From Bacteroidota bacterium (GTDB lineage Bacteria; Bacteroidota; Ignavibacteria; UBA10030; UBA6906): a stretch of DNA of 64,000 nt. The notes beneath the pieces are model-generated. The model did not search any database and was not told the origin of the DNA. It saw nothing but the letters and a program-made list of their open reading frames with translations. A program made the position numbers and the translations under genes. Shown one piece after another: positions 21,176-30,807 of the stretch (the stretch's first letter is position 1; each line of letters begins with the position of its first letter). Location of the stretch: positions 8,522 through 72,521 of the forward strand of contig DATJAS010000006.1 of assembly GCA_035516035.1 (NCBI GenBank), given 5' to 3'.

Positions 21176-21661
21176 TCACACCATCCGGCGGGCGACTTCG
21201 CGCAGCGCGTCCCTGGTGAGGAACTTCTGCACGAGGGGAAACAGGATGTGGTTTTCCTTGTGGATGTGGTTCACGAAGATCTGCACGATGGCCTTCGCAA
21301 CGGCTTCGAGCTCGGCGGCAGCCGCGGCGTCCGCGCGGCGCGCCCCCACCCGGTCGACGCAGCGGCGGAGGCGGCGGAATTCCTTCGTGAGCACGCGGTG
21401 GTCGGCGCGCATCAGCTTCGTGGGTCCCTCGACGTAGCGTTCGAGCACCGGGAAGAGAGCCTTCTCCTCGCTCTTGTTGTGAACGCTGACCTCCACTTCG
21501 ATGAACTCCACGGCCTTCAGGACTTTGCGGTAGGCCTCGCGGGTGAACCCGTCGTGCACGAGCGAGCGGGTGGCCCGGGAGAGCGAGGAGAGCTGCACCA
21601 GCGCCTCGTCGTGCTCCTGCATGAACCGGGCGATCGGGTCGATATGCCGTCGCGTGGGCAC
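21176..21661 (-). CDS. Hemerythrin-like domain protein
   Basis: Helical bundle with spaced His/Glu/Asp ligands (MQEHDEAL, EVEVSVHNKSEE, ADHRVL, HIHKENHILFP). Confidence 0.65.
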   Translation of the reverse strand: MPTRRHIDPIARFMQEHDEALVQLSSLSRATRSLVHDGFTREAYRKVLKAVEFIEVEVSVHNKSEEKALFPVLERYVEGPTKLMRADHRVLTKEFRRLRRCVDRVGARRADAAAAAELEAVAKAIVQIFVNHIHKENHILFPLVQKFLTRDALREVARRMV

Positions 21662-21674
21662 TGGCGGGGGTCGA

Positions 21675-21974
21675 TCAGAGGGCTTCCAGCAGGGTGGAGT
21701 ATTTCATCCCGTTGTCGTCGATGAAGTCGTCGAGCTTGCCGATCAGCGCTTCCGTCTTTTCGTCCTGGTTGTCTTCGAGCGCGTCGTACTCCTCGACGCT
21801 GTTGGTGATGAAGACTTCCGTGAAGTGGTTCTTCTTGCCCCGCGTCTCGTACACCGCGTAGTTCTTCTTTCCCACAGTGGTGAAATGCTCCTTCATCTGA
21901 CGGGCGTGCTCCAGGTAGGCCTCCCGGAGATCAGGTTTGACGCCGTAGGTGATGGTGAACATGACTCTGGCCAT
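21675..21974 (-). CDS. Small hypothetical protein (99 aa)
   Basis: Clean composition with lower GC3 than its surroundings. No motif recognised. Confidence 0.5.
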   Translation of the reverse strand: MARVMFTITYGVKPDLREAYLEHARQMKEHFTTVGKKNYAVYETRGKKNHFTEVFITNSVEEYDALEDNQDEKTEALIGKLDDFIDDNGMKYSTLLEAL

Positions 21975-22008
21975 GGGGTTGCGTCCTTTCGATGATGAAC
22001 TCTCGGGT

Positions 22009-22377
22009 TCAGTATCCCGCCGCGCGAATCTCCCGCTCGCTCATGCCGAAGTAGTGCCCGATCTCGTGGATGAGCGTATCACGGAGGACCCCCTTCAGCT
22101 CCTCGTCGTCCCGCGCCACCGCGCCGATGTTCTCCCTGTACAGCGTGATGGTGTCGGGGACGACGGCGTACGCGCCGTAGGAGGCTCCGCGCCTGGTCAG
22201 CGGGACGCCCTCGTATAATCCCAGCAGGAGCGTCCCCGGCCTGTACCCCGCCCGCACCGCCCGCCGGGGACGGTCCTCCACGACGATGCGGACGTTATCA
22301 ATAGCCCCGCGGAAGGGCGCCGGGAGCGCGTCAAACACCTCCTGCGCGATCCGCTCGAACTCCTCCCGGCCGATCAT
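22009..22377 (-). CDS. Zinc metallopeptidase-like protein (DUF1025/zincin-like)
   Basis: HExxH motif in TLIHEIGHYFG near the C-terminus. Confidence 0.65.
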   Translation of the reverse strand: MIGREEFERIAQEVFDALPAPFRGAIDNVRIVVEDRPRRAVRAGYRPGTLLLGLYEGVPLTRRGASYGAYAVVPDTITLYRENIGAVARDDEELKGVLRDTLIHEIGHYFGMSEREIRAAGY

Positions 22378-22379
22378 GA

Positions 22380-23072
22380 TCAGGCATGCCTGAGGCCGAA
22401 TGCCGCGAGCGATGTCAGGCAGATGACGGCCGAGGCGACGATGAGCGCCTTGCCCCTGCCGAACCCGTTCACCACGACCGTCGCCTCCACGAGCAGCGCG
22501 AGCGACCAGAGGAGCGCGGCCCCATCCATTCCCAGCAGCACCACGTACGCCGCGGGATTGATGACGAGGGGAGGGGGATTGTTCGAGAAGAAGTAGGTCC
22601 CGAACAGTGCGATCTCCACGGGAAAAACGATCACGAGCGAGTACACGACGGGGACAGCCGCGTATGCCACGACGGCCCGTACGTTCCGGTACGTCCCGCG
22701 CCCGCCCAGGAGCCTTCCCAGCCTGTGGACGAGAACGCTCAGGAGGAGCACCAGGACGATGCCGAGGGGGGGGCCGGCGAGTATGCCCGCCCCCACCAGG
22801 AATGCGAGATTCGGAAACCTGGGGCCGAGCGCCCGGAGCCAGATGACCGCGTAGACGCCGGCGATTCCCAGCAGAGAGCTCAGGACGATGACGTAGTTCT
22901 TGTTGCGTGCCAGCGCGATCCGGCGGAACGCGGCGCGCGGGGACTCCATCAAGGCCCAGAGCGTCTCAAATAGATTGAGGTTATCCACTTTCGTCTGAAG
23001 GAAACTCTTACACGAAACGCAGACGACCGCAAATTCGTCGTTCGGCGTTCCGCAGACGGTGCAGGCGATCAT
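22380..23072 (-). CDS. Yip1-like membrane protein with N-terminal zinc ribbon
   Basis: CTVCGTPN...CVSCKS (two CxxC pairs) followed by five hydrophobic segments. Confidence 0.6.
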   Translation of the reverse strand: MIACTVCGTPNDEFAVVCVSCKSFLQTKVDNLNLFETLWALMESPRAAFRRIALARNKNYVIVLSSLLGIAGVYAVIWLRALGPRFPNLAFLVGAGILAGPPLGIVLVLLLSVLVHRLGRLLGGRGTYRNVRAVVAYAAVPVVYSLVIVFPVEIALFGTYFFSNNPPPLVINPAAYVVLLGMDGAALLWSLALLVEATVVVNGFGRGKALIVASAVICLTSLAAFGLRHA

Positions 23073-23107
23073 GCGCGTGGTAACCCGATGGATTTCAAAT
23101 ATTTACA

Positions 23108-23136
23108 AGTATAGCACTTTCCGGCCTGTGAAGCAA
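23108..23136 (-). promoter_or_regulatory. Candidate sigma70-type promoter (TTGCTT-N17-TATACT) for the 23072-20141 gene string
   Basis: Minus-strand hexamers at 23136-23131 and 23113-23108. They sit in a locally AT-rich intergenic region. Confidence 0.4.
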
Positions 23137-23163
23137 CGGAATTGTGCGGAAATCGGCGGGCAA

Positions 23164-24552
23164 TTACTGCAGAGGCTCGAATTTCGCGGTAAAATGGCGC
23201 AGCATCGGCGGTTCCTCGGTGATCCGGTATCCTCTCATCGACTCCCGCCTTTCGTGGCAGGCCCGGACCACCTCGATCACGTAGTCGATGTGACTCTGGG
23301 TGTAGACGCGCCGGGGAATCGCCAGGCGGACCAGCTCCATGCGGGCGGGCACGAACTCCCCCCCTTTATCGGTGCGGCCGAACATCACGCTGCCGATTTC
23401 CACGGAGCGGATCCCCCCCTCGCGGTAGAGCTCGACGACGAGCGATTGCCCGGGGAACTCCCCGGGGGGGATGTGGGGGAGGAACTTCTTCGCGTTCAGG
23501 TAGATGGCATGTCCGCCCGGGGGCATCATGATCGGCACGCCGGAGGCCACGAGCCGCTCCCCGAGATATTCGACGGAACGGATGCGGTAGCGGAGGTAGT
23601 GCTCGTCGAGCACCTCGTCAAGCCCCTGCGCGATAGCCTCCAGGTCCCTCCCCGCCAGCCCGCCGTACGTGGGGAATCCTTCGGTGATGACGAGGAGGTT
23701 CCGCGCCCTGGCGGCGAGGGCCGGGTCGTTCAGTGCCAGGAACCCTCCCATGTTCACGAGCGCGTCCTTCTTTGCGCTCATCGTCGCCCCGTCGGCCCAG
23801 GAGAACATCTCCCGCACGATCGTCCTGACGGGAACGTCGGCGTAGCCCGGCTCCCGTTTCTTGATGAACCAGGCGTTCTCCGCAAACCGGCAGGCGTCCA
23901 GGAAGAAGGGGATGCCGTGCGCGCGGCAGATTGCAGATGCCGCGCGGATGTTCGCCATGGAAACGGGCTGGCCGCCGCCGGAGTTGTTCGTCACGGTCAT
24001 CAGGCAGACGGGAACGTTCGCCGGTCCCGCTTCCCGGATGAGCGCCTCCAGCGCGGAGGCGTCCATGTTCCCCTTGAAGTCGGCGATGCGCTCCGGATCA
24101 AGCCCCTCCGGCACCGGGAGGTCGACTGCCCTGGCCCCGGAAAACTCGGCGTTCGCCCGCGTGGTGTCGAAGTGGGCGTTGTTGGGGATCACTTTTCCCG
24201 GCCCCCCCAGGAGCGAGAAGAGGATCCGCTCCGCGGCGCGCCCCTGGTGCGTGGGGATGATGAACGCGAAGCCCGTCAGCTCGCGGACCTTCCGCTCGAA
24301 GCGGTAGAAGCTCCGCGCCCCAGCGTACGATTCGTCCCCCTGCATCATCCCCCCCCACTGCTCGGCGCTCATGGCGGCGGTCCCGCTGTCGGTCAGGAGA
24401 TCGATCAGCACGTCCTCGGCCGGCACGCAGAAGAGGTTGTAGTGCCCGCGCCGGAGCACCGCCTCACGCTCCTCCGGCGTGCTGAAGCGGATCGGCTCGA
24501 CGGACTTGATCTTGAACGGTTCGATGATCGTGTGCATGGCCGGGCCAGTCAT
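23164..24552 (-). CDS. Tryptophanase / tyrosine phenol-lyase family (beta-eliminating lyase)
   Basis: [35 protein letters not shown] (PLP Lys), FPTYGGL and [10 protein letters not shown] closely parallel the E. coli TnaA sequence as I recall it. Start at ATG 24552 forms an ATGA overlap with the apt stop. Confidence 0.85.
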   Translation of the reverse strand: MTGPAMHTIIEPFKIKSVEPIRFSTPEEREAVLRRGHYNLFCVPAEDVLIDLLTDSGTAAMSAEQWGGMMQGDESYAGARSFYRFERKVRELTGFAFIIPTHQGRAAERILFSLLGGPGKVIPNNAHFDTTRANAEFSGARAVDLPVPEGLDPERIADFKGNMDASALEALIREAGPANVPVCLMTVTNNSGGGQPVSMANIRAASAICRAHGIPFFLDACRFAENAWFIKKREPGYADVPVRTIVREMFSWADGATMSAKKDALVNMGGFLALNDPALAARARNLLVITEGFPTYGGLAGRDLEAIAQGLDEVLDEHYLRYRIRSVEYLGERLVASGVPIMMPPGGHAIYLNAKKFLPHIPPGEFPGQSLVVELYREGGIRSVEIGSVMFGRTDKGGEFVPARMELVRLAIPRRVYTQSHIDYVIEVVRACHERRESMRGYRITEEPPMLRHFTAKFEPLQ

Positions 24553-25079
24553 TCCCCTTCGAAGCGGAGGAGCGAGAAGACGTCGCGGGGCGCCAGGCAC
24601 TTCCTTCCCCCCAGCGCCGGGAGCTCGATGATGAACGAAATGCCCGCGATCCGGCCCCCGAGGCGCTCGACCAGCTTGCACGAGGCGAGCATCGTGCCGC
24701 CGGTGGCCAGGAGATCGTCGTGCATCAGAATCGTCTCGCCGGGGACGATCGCATCGGTGTGCAGCTCCACGGTGTCCGTCCCGTACTCCAGGGAGTAGGT
24801 CTCCCGGATAGCGGGCGCGGGGAGCTTCCCGGGCTTGCGCACGGGGACGAAGCCCGCGCCCAGGCGCAGGGCAAGCGCGCCCCCCAGGACGAAGCCCCGC
24901 GATTCCACGCCGACGACCTTGTCCACGCGGATCCCCGCGTACCGGTCGGCGATCAGGTCGAGCGCCGAGGCCAGTGCCGGCCCCTGTTTGAACAGCGTCG
25001 TCACGTCCCGGAACATGATCCCCGGCCGGGGAAAATCGGGGATCGTCCTGACCGCGGCGAGCAGATCGGCAGTGTCCAT
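24549..25079 (-). CDS. apt: Adenine phosphoribosyltransferase
   Basis: [17 protein letters not shown] and the PRPP loop [13 protein letters not shown]. Start is probably ATG 25079 (MDTADLL), just after the upstream stop; the track start is 25106. Confidence 0.85.
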   Translation of the reverse strand: MDTADLLAAVRTIPDFPRPGIMFRDVTTLFKQGPALASALDLIADRYAGIRVDKVVGVESRGFVLGGALALRLGAGFVPVRKPGKLPAPAIRETYSLEYGTDTVELHTDAIVPGETILMHDDLLATGGTMLASCKLVERLGGRIAGISFIIELPALGGRKCLAPRDVFSLLRFEGE

Positions 25080-25080
25080 G

Positions 25081-25863
25081 TCACCAGGTGATTTTTTCTT
25101 TGGCAAGGAACGCGGCGATGCCCCGCTTGCATTCGGCCGTCATGCGCGCCGCCGCGTTCATGTTCGCGGCAAAATCGAGGGCGTCGACGAAGCTCATGCC
25201 GTGCAGGCGGGCCAGCATCTCCTTGCAGAGTCCCATCGAGGCGGCGCTGTTCTCGGCGCAGAGTGCCGCCCCGAGCGCGTCCACCGCCGCGGCGAGCCCG
25301 TCGTGGGAGACCACCGCGCTCACGAGGCCCGCGCTCCTTGCTTCCTCCGCTCCGAGCACCGAGCCCCCCAGGACAAGCTCGCGGGCCCTCCCCTCCCCCA
25401 GGCGCCGCACCAGGAACACCATGACGATCGCGGGGATGAAGCCGATGTGGACTTCCGTATAGCCGAACGCGGCGTGCTCACGGGAGGCGATGATGAAGTC
25501 GCACACGCTCGCCAGGCCGCAGCCTCCGGCCAGCGCGGGTCCCTGGACGGCGGCGATCACGGGTTTCCGGAGCTCGTAGATGAAGCGGTAGAGCGCCGCC
25601 AGGCGGCGGGAATCGGCGCGGTGGGCTTCGAGGTCGTACGCGCCGGTGCGCGCGAGGTATTCGAGGTCCGCCCCCGCGCAGAAGGCCGGACCGCGTGCGT
25701 CGAGCACCACCACCTTCACCGACTGGTCGCGCGCGGCGGCGGTGAACGCGGAGGTCAGCTCCCCCACCATCACGTCGTCCAGCGCGTTCCGTTTGTCGGG
25801 GCGGGCGAGCGTGATTGTGGCGCGTCGTTCACCGCTCGCGTATGACAGCCGGGTGAACTCCAT
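25081..25863 (-). CDS. Enoyl-CoA hydratase/isomerase (crotonase) family protein
   Basis: [19 protein letters not shown] and [11 protein letters not shown] crotonase motifs. Confidence 0.85.
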   Translation of the reverse strand: MEFTRLSYASGERRATITLARPDKRNALDDVMVGELTSAFTAAARDQSVKVVVLDARGPAFCAGADLEYLARTGAYDLEAHRADSRRLAALYRFIYELRKPVIAAVQGPALAGGCGLASVCDFIIASREHAAFGYTEVHIGFIPAIVMVFLVRRLGEGRARELVLGGSVLGAEEARSAGLVSAVVSHDGLAAAVDALGAALCAENSAASMGLCKEMLARLHGMSFVDALDFAANMNAAARMTAECKRGIAAFLAKEKITW

Positions 25864-25902
25864 GCGATGAACATAGGGATTTCACGCGGCAAACACAAGG
25901 TC

Positions 25903-25930
25903 GGCGCCCCCCCGCGGCCGGGGGGGCGCC
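25903..25930 (-). terminator. GC-rich hairpin after glnA (11-bp perfect stem)
   Basis: GGCGCCCCCCC (25903-25913) pairs with GGGGGGGCGCC (25920-25930), 20 nt downstream of the glnA stop. The T tract is weak. Confidence 0.45.
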
Positions 25931-25949
25931 GGACCCGGAGCGCCTCCTC

Positions 25950-27380
25950 TCACACGTCGTAGTAGAGCCCGAACTCGAACGGATGGGGACGGAGCGCCAT
26001 CGGCTTGACTTCCTTGTCCATCTTGTAGTCGATCCACGCCGTGATCACGTCCTCCGTGAACACGTCGCCGCGCAGGAGAAACTCGTGGTCGCGCTCCAGG
26101 GCGTGGAGCGCCTCCTGGAGCGAACCCGGCGTCGACGGCACGTTCTTCAGCTCCTCGGGCGCGAGATCGTAGATGTCCTTGTCAAGCGGTTCGCCCGGAT
26201 CGATCTTGTTCATCACGCCGTCCAGCCCGGCGAGCATCATCGCCGAGAAGGCCAGGTACGGGTTGCACGCCGCGTCGGGGCAGCGGAACTCGACGCGTTT
26301 CGTTTTCGGGCTGGTGGAGTACATCGGGATGCGGATCGACGCGCTCCTGTTCCGCTGGGAATACGCCAGGTTGACGGGCGCCTCGAACCCCGGGACCAGC
26401 CGCTTGTAGGAATTGGTCGTCGGGTTGGTGATCGCGCAGAGCGCCGGGGCGTGCTTGAGCAGGCCGCCGATGTAGTAGAGTGCCATGTCCGACAGGTTGG
26501 CATAGCCGTTCCCGTAAAAGAGCGGCTTCCCGTTCTTCCAGAGGCTCTGGTGCACATGCATCCCCGAGCCGTTGTCGCTGAAGATCGGCTTCGGCATGAA
26601 CGTCACCGTGCGGCCGCGCAGGCGCGCCGTGTTTTTCAGGACGTACTTGAAGAGGAGCATCGCGTCGGCGCTCTTCAACAGCGGCGCGAACTTCAGGTCG
26701 ATCTCCGACTGCCCGGCGGTGGCCACTTCGTGGTGCTGGGCCTCGACATCGAGACCCGCCGCGATGAGGTTGGCCGTCATCTCGTTCCTCAGGTCCTGCA
26801 TGTGGTCCGTGGGGGGAACGGGGAAATATCCCTCCTTGTACCGGGGCTTGTACCCCAGGTTCGGCATCTCCTCCCGCCCGGAGTTCCACCGCCCCTCGAC
26901 CGAATCGACGTAGTAGTAGCTCGAGTGCTCGTTCGTGTCGAAGCGCACGTCGTCGAAGATGAAGAACTCGGCTTCGGCCCCGTAGTATGCCGTGTCCGCG
27001 ATCCCCGTCGATTTCAGGTAGGCTTCGGCCTTGCGCGCGATACTCCGCGGGCAGCGCTCGTACCGCTCCTTCGTCAGCGGGTCGTGCACGTCGCAGATCA
27101 GGCTCAGCGTCTTTGCCTCGATGAAGCGGTCCATGAACGCCGTGGAGGCGTCGGGAATGATCAGCATGTCGCTCTCGTTGATCGCCTTCCAGCCCCTGAT
27201 GCTCGAGCCGTCAAAGCCGAACCCCTCCTCGAACGACGACTCCTCCAGCTTGTCCACGGGAACCGAGAAGTGCTGCCACTGCCCCGGGAAGTCCATGAAC
27301 TTGAAGTCGATCATCGTGACCCCTTCGTCCTTGATCAGCTTGAAGACGCGGGCCAGGTGCGATCCGGAGGTTTTTGCCAT
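25950..27380 (-). CDS. glnA: Glutamine synthetase type I
   Basis: [47 protein letters not shown] and the adenylylation-loop-like KDIYDL. Start moved to ATG 27380 (MAKTSGSHL). Confidence 0.9.
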   Translation of the reverse strand: MAKTSGSHLARVFKLIKDEGVTMIDFKFMDFPGQWQHFSVPVDKLEESSFEEGFGFDGSSIRGWKAINESDMLIIPDASTAFMDRFIEAKTLSLICDVHDPLTKERYERCPRSIARKAEAYLKSTGIADTAYYGAEAEFFIFDDVRFDTNEHSSYYYVDSVEGRWNSGREEMPNLGYKPRYKEGYFPVPPTDHMQDLRNEMTANLIAAGLDVEAQHHEVATAGQSEIDLKFAPLLKSADAMLLFKYVLKNTARLRGRTVTFMPKPIFSDNGSGMHVHQSLWKNGKPLFYGNGYANLSDMALYYIGGLLKHAPALCAITNPTTNSYKRLVPGFEAPVNLAYSQRNRSASIRIPMYSTSPKTKRVEFRCPDAACNPYLAFSAMMLAGLDGVMNKIDPGEPLDKDIYDLAPEELKNVPSTPGSLQEALHALERDHEFLLRGDVFTEDVITAWIDYKMDKEVKPMALRPHPFEFGLYYDV

Positions 27381-27417
27381 AGCGTGTCCTTTGAGTGATG
27401 AGATGAGTTGTGAGTTG

Positions 27418-28662
27418 TCAGACGAGTTCGTGGTACCCCTTCTCTCCGTGCTCGACAAGGTCGAGTCCTTCCGACTGGTGCTCGTCGCCGCTGCGCGCCC
27501 CCATGAGCGCGCCGACGACCTTCAACAGGAGAAACGTCATTGCCGCCGAGTAGAGGATCGTTGCCCCGACGGCGGCGCACTGAATCAGGAGCTGGAGGGG
27601 ATTCCCGGCGAGGAGCCCGTCGGCCCCCGCAGGGTTCACGCTCCGCGTGGCGAAGATCCCGGTGACGAGCGCACCGAAGATCCCCCCGACGCCGTGCACG
27701 GAAAACGCGTCGAGCGTGTCGTCCAGCCCCCACCGTATCCGGCTGTTGAGCGCCCAGTAACAGACGCACGAGACGCCCAGGCCGATTACGACCGCCGCCA
27801 GGGGGGTGACGAAGCCGCATGCCGGGGTGATCGCCACGAGACCCGCGACCGCCCCGGTGATCGCCCCGACTCCCGTCGGCTTTCCTTTCAGGACGACCTC
27901 CAGGATCATCCAGGAGAGCATGGCGGAGGCCGCAGCGGTGTTCGTCGCCACGAACGCCACGGTGGCCGTGGCGGTGGCACCCAGCGCGCTCCCGGCGTTG
28001 AAGCCGAACCACCCGAACCAGAGCATCCCTCCCCCCAGCAGGACGAGCGTCACGTTGTGCGGAGGGGAGGCGCTCCGGGGGAACCCTGTCCGGGGACCGA
28101 GCATGAGCGCGGCCACCAGCGCCGAGACGCCGGCGTTGACGTGAACGACCGTGCCCCCGGCAAAGTCGAGCGCTCCGAGCGAGCGGAGCCATCCGCCGGC
28201 GCCCCAGACCCAGTGGGCGACGGGGTCATAGACGAGCGTGGTCCAGAGGAGGACGAACACCATGAAGGACTTGAATTTCATCCGCTCGACGATTGCGCCG
28301 GAGACAAGCGCGGGCGTGATGATGGCGAACATCGCCTGGTAGGCCATGAAGAGCTCGTGCGGGATCGTCGGCGCGTAGACGATCTCGGGCGCGAGGGAGA
28401 CGCCGCTGAGCCCCAGCCACGAGAGTCCCCCGGCGAACGCCCCCGCCGCCCCCGCGCCGGGCGCGAAGGCGAGCGAATAGCCCCAGAGGACCCACTGCAC
28501 GGCCACCACGCCCATGACGGCGAAGCTCATCATCATGGTATTGACGACGTTCTTGCTCCGCACGAGGCCGCCGTAGAAAAAGGCCAGCCCCGGCGTCATG
28601 AACAGCACGAGCGCCGCGCACACGAGCATGAATGCGGTGTCCCCCGCGCTGAGCGCGTTCAC
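27418..28662 (-). CDS. amt: Ammonium transporter (Amt family)
   Basis: [38 protein letters not shown] and [17 protein letters not shown]. Start set at GTG 28662, forming a GTGA overlap with the asnC-like stop. Confidence 0.9.
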   Translation of the reverse strand: MNALSAGDTAFMLVCAALVLFMTPGLAFFYGGLVRSKNVVNTMMMSFAVMGVVAVQWVLWGYSLAFAPGAGAAGAFAGGLSWLGLSGVSLAPEIVYAPTIPHELFMAYQAMFAIITPALVSGAIVERMKFKSFMVFVLLWTTLVYDPVAHWVWGAGGWLRSLGALDFAGGTVVHVNAGVSALVAALMLGPRTGFPRSASPPHNVTLVLLGGGMLWFGWFGFNAGSALGATATATVAFVATNTAAASAMLSWMILEVVLKGKPTGVGAITGAVAGLVAITPACGFVTPLAAVVIGLGVSCVCYWALNSRIRWGLDDTLDAFSVHGVGGIFGALVTGIFATRSVNPAGADGLLAGNPLQLLIQCAAVGATILYSAAMTFLLLKVVGALMGARSGDEHQSEGLDLVEHGEKGYHELV

Positions 28663-29120
28663 CGGGGCACCTCGACTTTGATCCGCGTGCTCTCTTTCGA
28701 CGTCGAGAGGACCAGGTTTGTCCGCGTGTTCAGCACGCCGGCCCAGGACTGGATCTTGGCCAGGAGTTTCTCCAGCGAAGCCGTGTCCGCGGTGCGCACC
28801 TTGAGCAGGTGGGACCCCTCCCCGGTGATGGCGTGGCACTCCAGGATCTCGTCGTTTGCGTGTGCATGGTCCAGGAACGCCGCGTAGTGGCGCGAGGAAT
28901 CCACGGTCACGTGGATGAACGCGCAGATATCCTTGCCGAGCTTTTTCGGGTCCACCGTCGCGTAGTACCCGGTGATGTACCCTCCTTCTTCAAGCTTGCG
29001 CAGCCGCTCGCTCACAGATGGGAGGGAGAGGCCGACCGCCTCCGCAAGGTCGTTGCGGCGCGTCCTGCCCTTCCTCTGGAGCGTCTCCAGAATTGTCGCG
29101 TCGATCGCGTCGATGGTCAT
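28659..29120 (-). CDS. Lrp/AsnC-family transcriptional regulator
   Basis: N-terminal HTH (IDATILETLQRKGRTRRNDLAEAVGLSLPSVSERLRKLEE) plus an AsnC-type ligand domain. Confidence 0.85.
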   Translation of the reverse strand: MTIDAIDATILETLQRKGRTRRNDLAEAVGLSLPSVSERLRKLEEGGYITGYYATVDPKKLGKDICAFIHVTVDSSRHYAAFLDHAHANDEILECHAITGEGSHLLKVRTADTASLEKLLAKIQSWAGVLNTRTNLVLSTSKESTRIKVEVPR

Positions 29121-29182
29121 GAGGGGGTTCCGGGGGGTTGGGGTTCTGCCAGGGGTGGAAGCCTAAATAACTAAGGTTTTTG

Positions 29183-29192
29183 CCTATCGATA
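29183..29192. promoter_or_regulatory. Perfect 10-bp palindrome CTATCGATAG at the predicted transcription start of the asnC-amt-glnA operon (candidate operator)
   Basis: Read directly from the sequence. It lies 6 nt downstream (minus strand) of the candidate -10 element. Confidence 0.35.
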
Positions 29193-29197
29193 GCTTG

Positions 29198-29227
29198 AAA
29201 TATAAGGCACGGGAGGGAAAAAGTCAA
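29198..29227 (-). promoter_or_regulatory. Candidate sigma70-type promoter (TTGACT-N18-TATATT) for asnC-amt-glnA
   Basis: Minus-strand TTGACT at 29227-29222 and TATATT at 29203-29198, in an AT-richer intergenic region. Confidence 0.4.
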
Positions 29228-29281
29228 GAAGAATTTCTATGCGCGCGGAAATAGGGGCGTGGAGGGAAGGAGGCGGGGATG

Positions 29282-29938
29282 TCAGCCGCCGGCGGCCGCC
29301 CGCAGGGCGCGGACGGCTCCCGGGACGTCCGGGGCGCCGAAGATCGCCTGTCCCGCCACGAGCACGTTGGCCCCCGCGCGCGCGACGCGGGGCGCGGTCG
29401 TCGTGTCGATGCCGCCGTCCACCTCGAGGAAGAGCCCCGGCCGCACTTCGCGCGCCATCGCGGCCGTGCGGCGGATCTTCTCGACGGACGCTTCAATAAA
29501 CGTCTGGCCGCCGAAGCCGGGATTGACGGACATGATGAGCACCATGTCGACGAACGGCAGGATCTCCACGAGGAGGCTCTCCGGCGTGGCGGGGTTGACG
29601 CACACCCCCGCCCTGGCGCCGGTCGACCGGATCTTCTGCACCGTGCGGTGCAGGTGGGGACATGTTTCGTAATGGACCGTGATCGAATCGGCCCCCGCCC
29701 CCCTGAAGTCATCGATGTACCTGTCGGGGTCCGCGATCATCAGGTGCACGTCGAACGGGAGCCGGCTGCGGCGCCTGAGCGAGCGGATGACCGGGGGGCC
29801 GATCGTCAGGTTCGGCACGAAGTGGCCGTCCATGACGTCGAGGTGGAGCCAGTCGGCTCCTCCCTGCTCGGCGAGCGCAATCTGACGGCCGAGTTCCGCG
29901 AAGTCGGCGGCCAGCAGCGAGGGAGCGATCGTGGTCAT
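29282..29938 (-). CDS. rpe: Ribulose-phosphate 3-epimerase
   Basis: IAPSLLAADF, LHLDVMDGHFVPN, VHLM, VNPGFGGQ and EVDGG. Start moved to ATG 29938 (MTTIAPS). Confidence 0.9.
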   Translation of the reverse strand: MTTIAPSLLAADFAELGRQIALAEQGGADWLHLDVMDGHFVPNLTIGPPVIRSLRRRSRLPFDVHLMIADPDRYIDDFRGAGADSITVHYETCPHLHRTVQKIRSTGARAGVCVNPATPESLLVEILPFVDMVLIMSVNPGFGGQTFIEASVEKIRRTAAMAREVRPGLFLEVDGGIDTTTAPRVARAGANVLVAGQAIFGAPDVPGAVRALRAAAGG

Positions 29939-29951
29939 AGGCAGCGGGCCG

Positions 29952-30737
29952 TCAGTGGAGTGGGACCTGGATTTCATCCGTGGGGCGCCCCGCCTTCACG
30001 ACAAAGAGGTCGATTTTACCCCCGAGGGGCACGGATTCCCCCGCGCGCGGGAACTGTTCGACCACCGTGTTGGGTATAAGCTCATAGCTGAGCTGGAACG
30101 TGATGTTGCCGACGGCGAGCTTCTGGGCCAGGAGGAGCTTCTCCGCCTCGCTGACTGTCCGGCCGACGACGTTGGGCACGCTGACGCCCCCGGCGGCCGC
30201 CCCCCCTGCGCTCACCGTGATATTGACGCGCGAACCCCGGGCGGCCCGGGCGTCCGCACCGATCGACTGCGCGACGATCGTGTTCTCAGGGTAGACGGTC
30301 GAGGGCTCGAAGCTCACCGCGCCGAGCTGAAGCCCGTAGCGTTCGAGCGCGAATTTCGCGTCCCTGAGTGAGCGGCCCCGGAGCTGGGGAACGACGACGA
30401 GCGCCTCCCCCCCGCTCAGCGTCAGGTACACCCTCCTCCCGAGCTTTACCTGCGCCTGTGCCACGGGGTTCTGGTATATGACCGTGCCGGGGGGATGGTC
30501 GGGATCGGGGCGCGTATCGGCCTCGACCCCCTCCAGCCCGGCAGACTCGAGCTGAGTCCTGGCGTCGGCCAGGGGGAGGCCGGTCACCGCTGGAACGGCG
30601 AGCGTTCCCCCGTGGTTTACGTACAGTGGCAGCGCGAGATTGTTGAGGAGGAAAAAGAGCGCGATCGCCACAGCCGCGGCGACGGAGAGTTTGCGCACCC
30701 AGGGCTTCCGAACAATCTGAGGAATTGTCAATGGCAT
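29952..30737 (-). CDS. Stand-alone PASTA-domain membrane protein
   Basis: N-terminal TM segment followed by three PASTA-like repeats (VP.V.G....A...L...GL). Start is probably ATG 30737 (MPLTIPQIVRK). Confidence 0.7.
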   Translation of the reverse strand: MPLTIPQIVRKPWVRKLSVAAAVAIALFFLLNNLALPLYVNHGGTLAVPAVTGLPLADARTQLESAGLEGVEADTRPDPDHPPGTVIYQNPVAQAQVKLGRRVYLTLSGGEALVVVPQLRGRSLRDAKFALERYGLQLGAVSFEPSTVYPENTIVAQSIGADARAARGSRVNITVSAGGAAAGGVSVPNVVGRTVSEAEKLLLAQKLAVGNITFQLSYELIPNTVVEQFPRAGESVPLGGKIDLFVVKAGRPTDEIQVPLH

Positions 30738-30807
30738 GCCGCCTCGCGAGTTCCGGTTCAGGCCGTAAAGATAGTCAAACACACGCGAAACCACAAGGCG
30801 CCGGCTC

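Noticed and set aside
20141-23072. The minus-strand string of small genes (flavin reductase, DUF971, hemerythrin, 99-aa protein, zincin-like, Yip1-like) as a dedicated iron/oxygen-stress system
   Set aside because: The genes are plausibly co-transcribed. However, the functional link is only thematic, and I see no shared motif or regulator site, so the case is too weak to report as a finding.
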